A stretch of 64,000 bases of DNA from positions 129,022,001 to 129,086,000 of the forward strand of contig OX597814.1 in assembly GCA_951406725.2 (NCBI GenBank). Reading direction: 5' to 3'. Made by a program: the position numbers and the translations under genes. A model generated the notes under the pieces. The model saw only the letters and a list, made by a program, of their open reading frames with translations. It had not been told where the DNA came from and ran no database searches. The DNA is from Octopus vulgaris (lineage: Eukaryota). Shown piece after piece: positions 63,400 to 64,000 of the stretch (positions are counted from its first letter, which is position 1; each line of letters opens with the position of its first letter).

Positions 63400-64000
63400 T
63401 TAGGTCATCCCATAAATAATATGGTTTTTATACTTCTTTTATTTTTACAAAATTAAGATAAAGTTTTTTTAAAATCTAAGATAAAGTCTCCTTCATTTTC
63501 TAGAATGCTCTTTTATCTATCTGGTAGACTTGCAAAGCTTCTCTTCCAAAATTCACTTGACAAAAAATACTCCTCCAGTACTATTCTGACCTCATCTACA
63601 GAATTCATATTTTTCCCATCCAAATGATTTTGAAGACTGTGGAATAAATGATAATCAGATGGGGCAATGTCTAGTGAATATGGTGAGTGAGGCATCATTT
63701 CCCATTCAAACTGTTCCAGCCTTTGGAATGTCATCCTTGCTGTATGTGGCTGAGCATTATCCTGATTGAAGAACACGTTTCGTCTTGGGTGCTGGTGTTT
63801 CTCCTTTCTGTGCCTGCTGTCTTCGGCAATTGACATTTTTATAGAGAACCTATTTCTCGTTACCAGTCACTATTCAGTTCAAAAAAGGTTCATTTGTGAG
63901 ACGTGACAATAAAGAAGAACACACACTCACTCTCTGTGAGCAATTAGACTTGGAAAGTTTGTGAGGAACCCATTGACCCATTTTGCTGATTTTTCTGATG
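63400..64000 (-). mobile_element. mariner transposon (3' part, internally deleted), inserted in a SINE A head; runs off the window
   Basis: TIR ttaggtcatcccataaataat; ORF 63513-63836 FFNQDNAQPHTARMTFQRLEQFEWEMMPHSPYSLDIAPSDYHLF; upstream IVTGNEK*VLY. Confidence 0.92.

Overview
AT-rich, repeat-dense eukaryotic genomic DNA, intronic or intergenic. The SINE, LINE and microsatellite content looks like a coleoid cephalopod, probably Octopus (inference from repeat recognition, not a database search). I found no intact host protein-coding gene, and almost all ORFs in the track are microsatellite or SINE artefacts. The window contains three abundant tRNA-headed SINE families, many 5'-truncated RTE-type LINE 3' ends with (GAT)n tails, CR1/L2-type LINE 3' ends, two internally deleted mariner copies, piggyBac-type (TTAA) and hAT-type MITEs, a non-autonomous Helitron and a possible Hero/R2-type fragment. 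The most notable signal is a dense set of short non-coding elements sitting in or beside (TA)n tracts. They carry minimal type-I hammerhead ribozyme motifs of the Penelope-like/retrozyme kind: a canonical core at 50174-50259, a C3U/G8A covariant core at 47839-47876, an inverted pair at 44538-44640, and several decayed copies. Several form long fold-back palindromes. There are also long direct duplications (about 760 bp and 79 bp) flanking RTE fragments, a dimeric SINE subfamily, and several non-TE hairpins. Coordinates were read by eye and may be off by a few bases.
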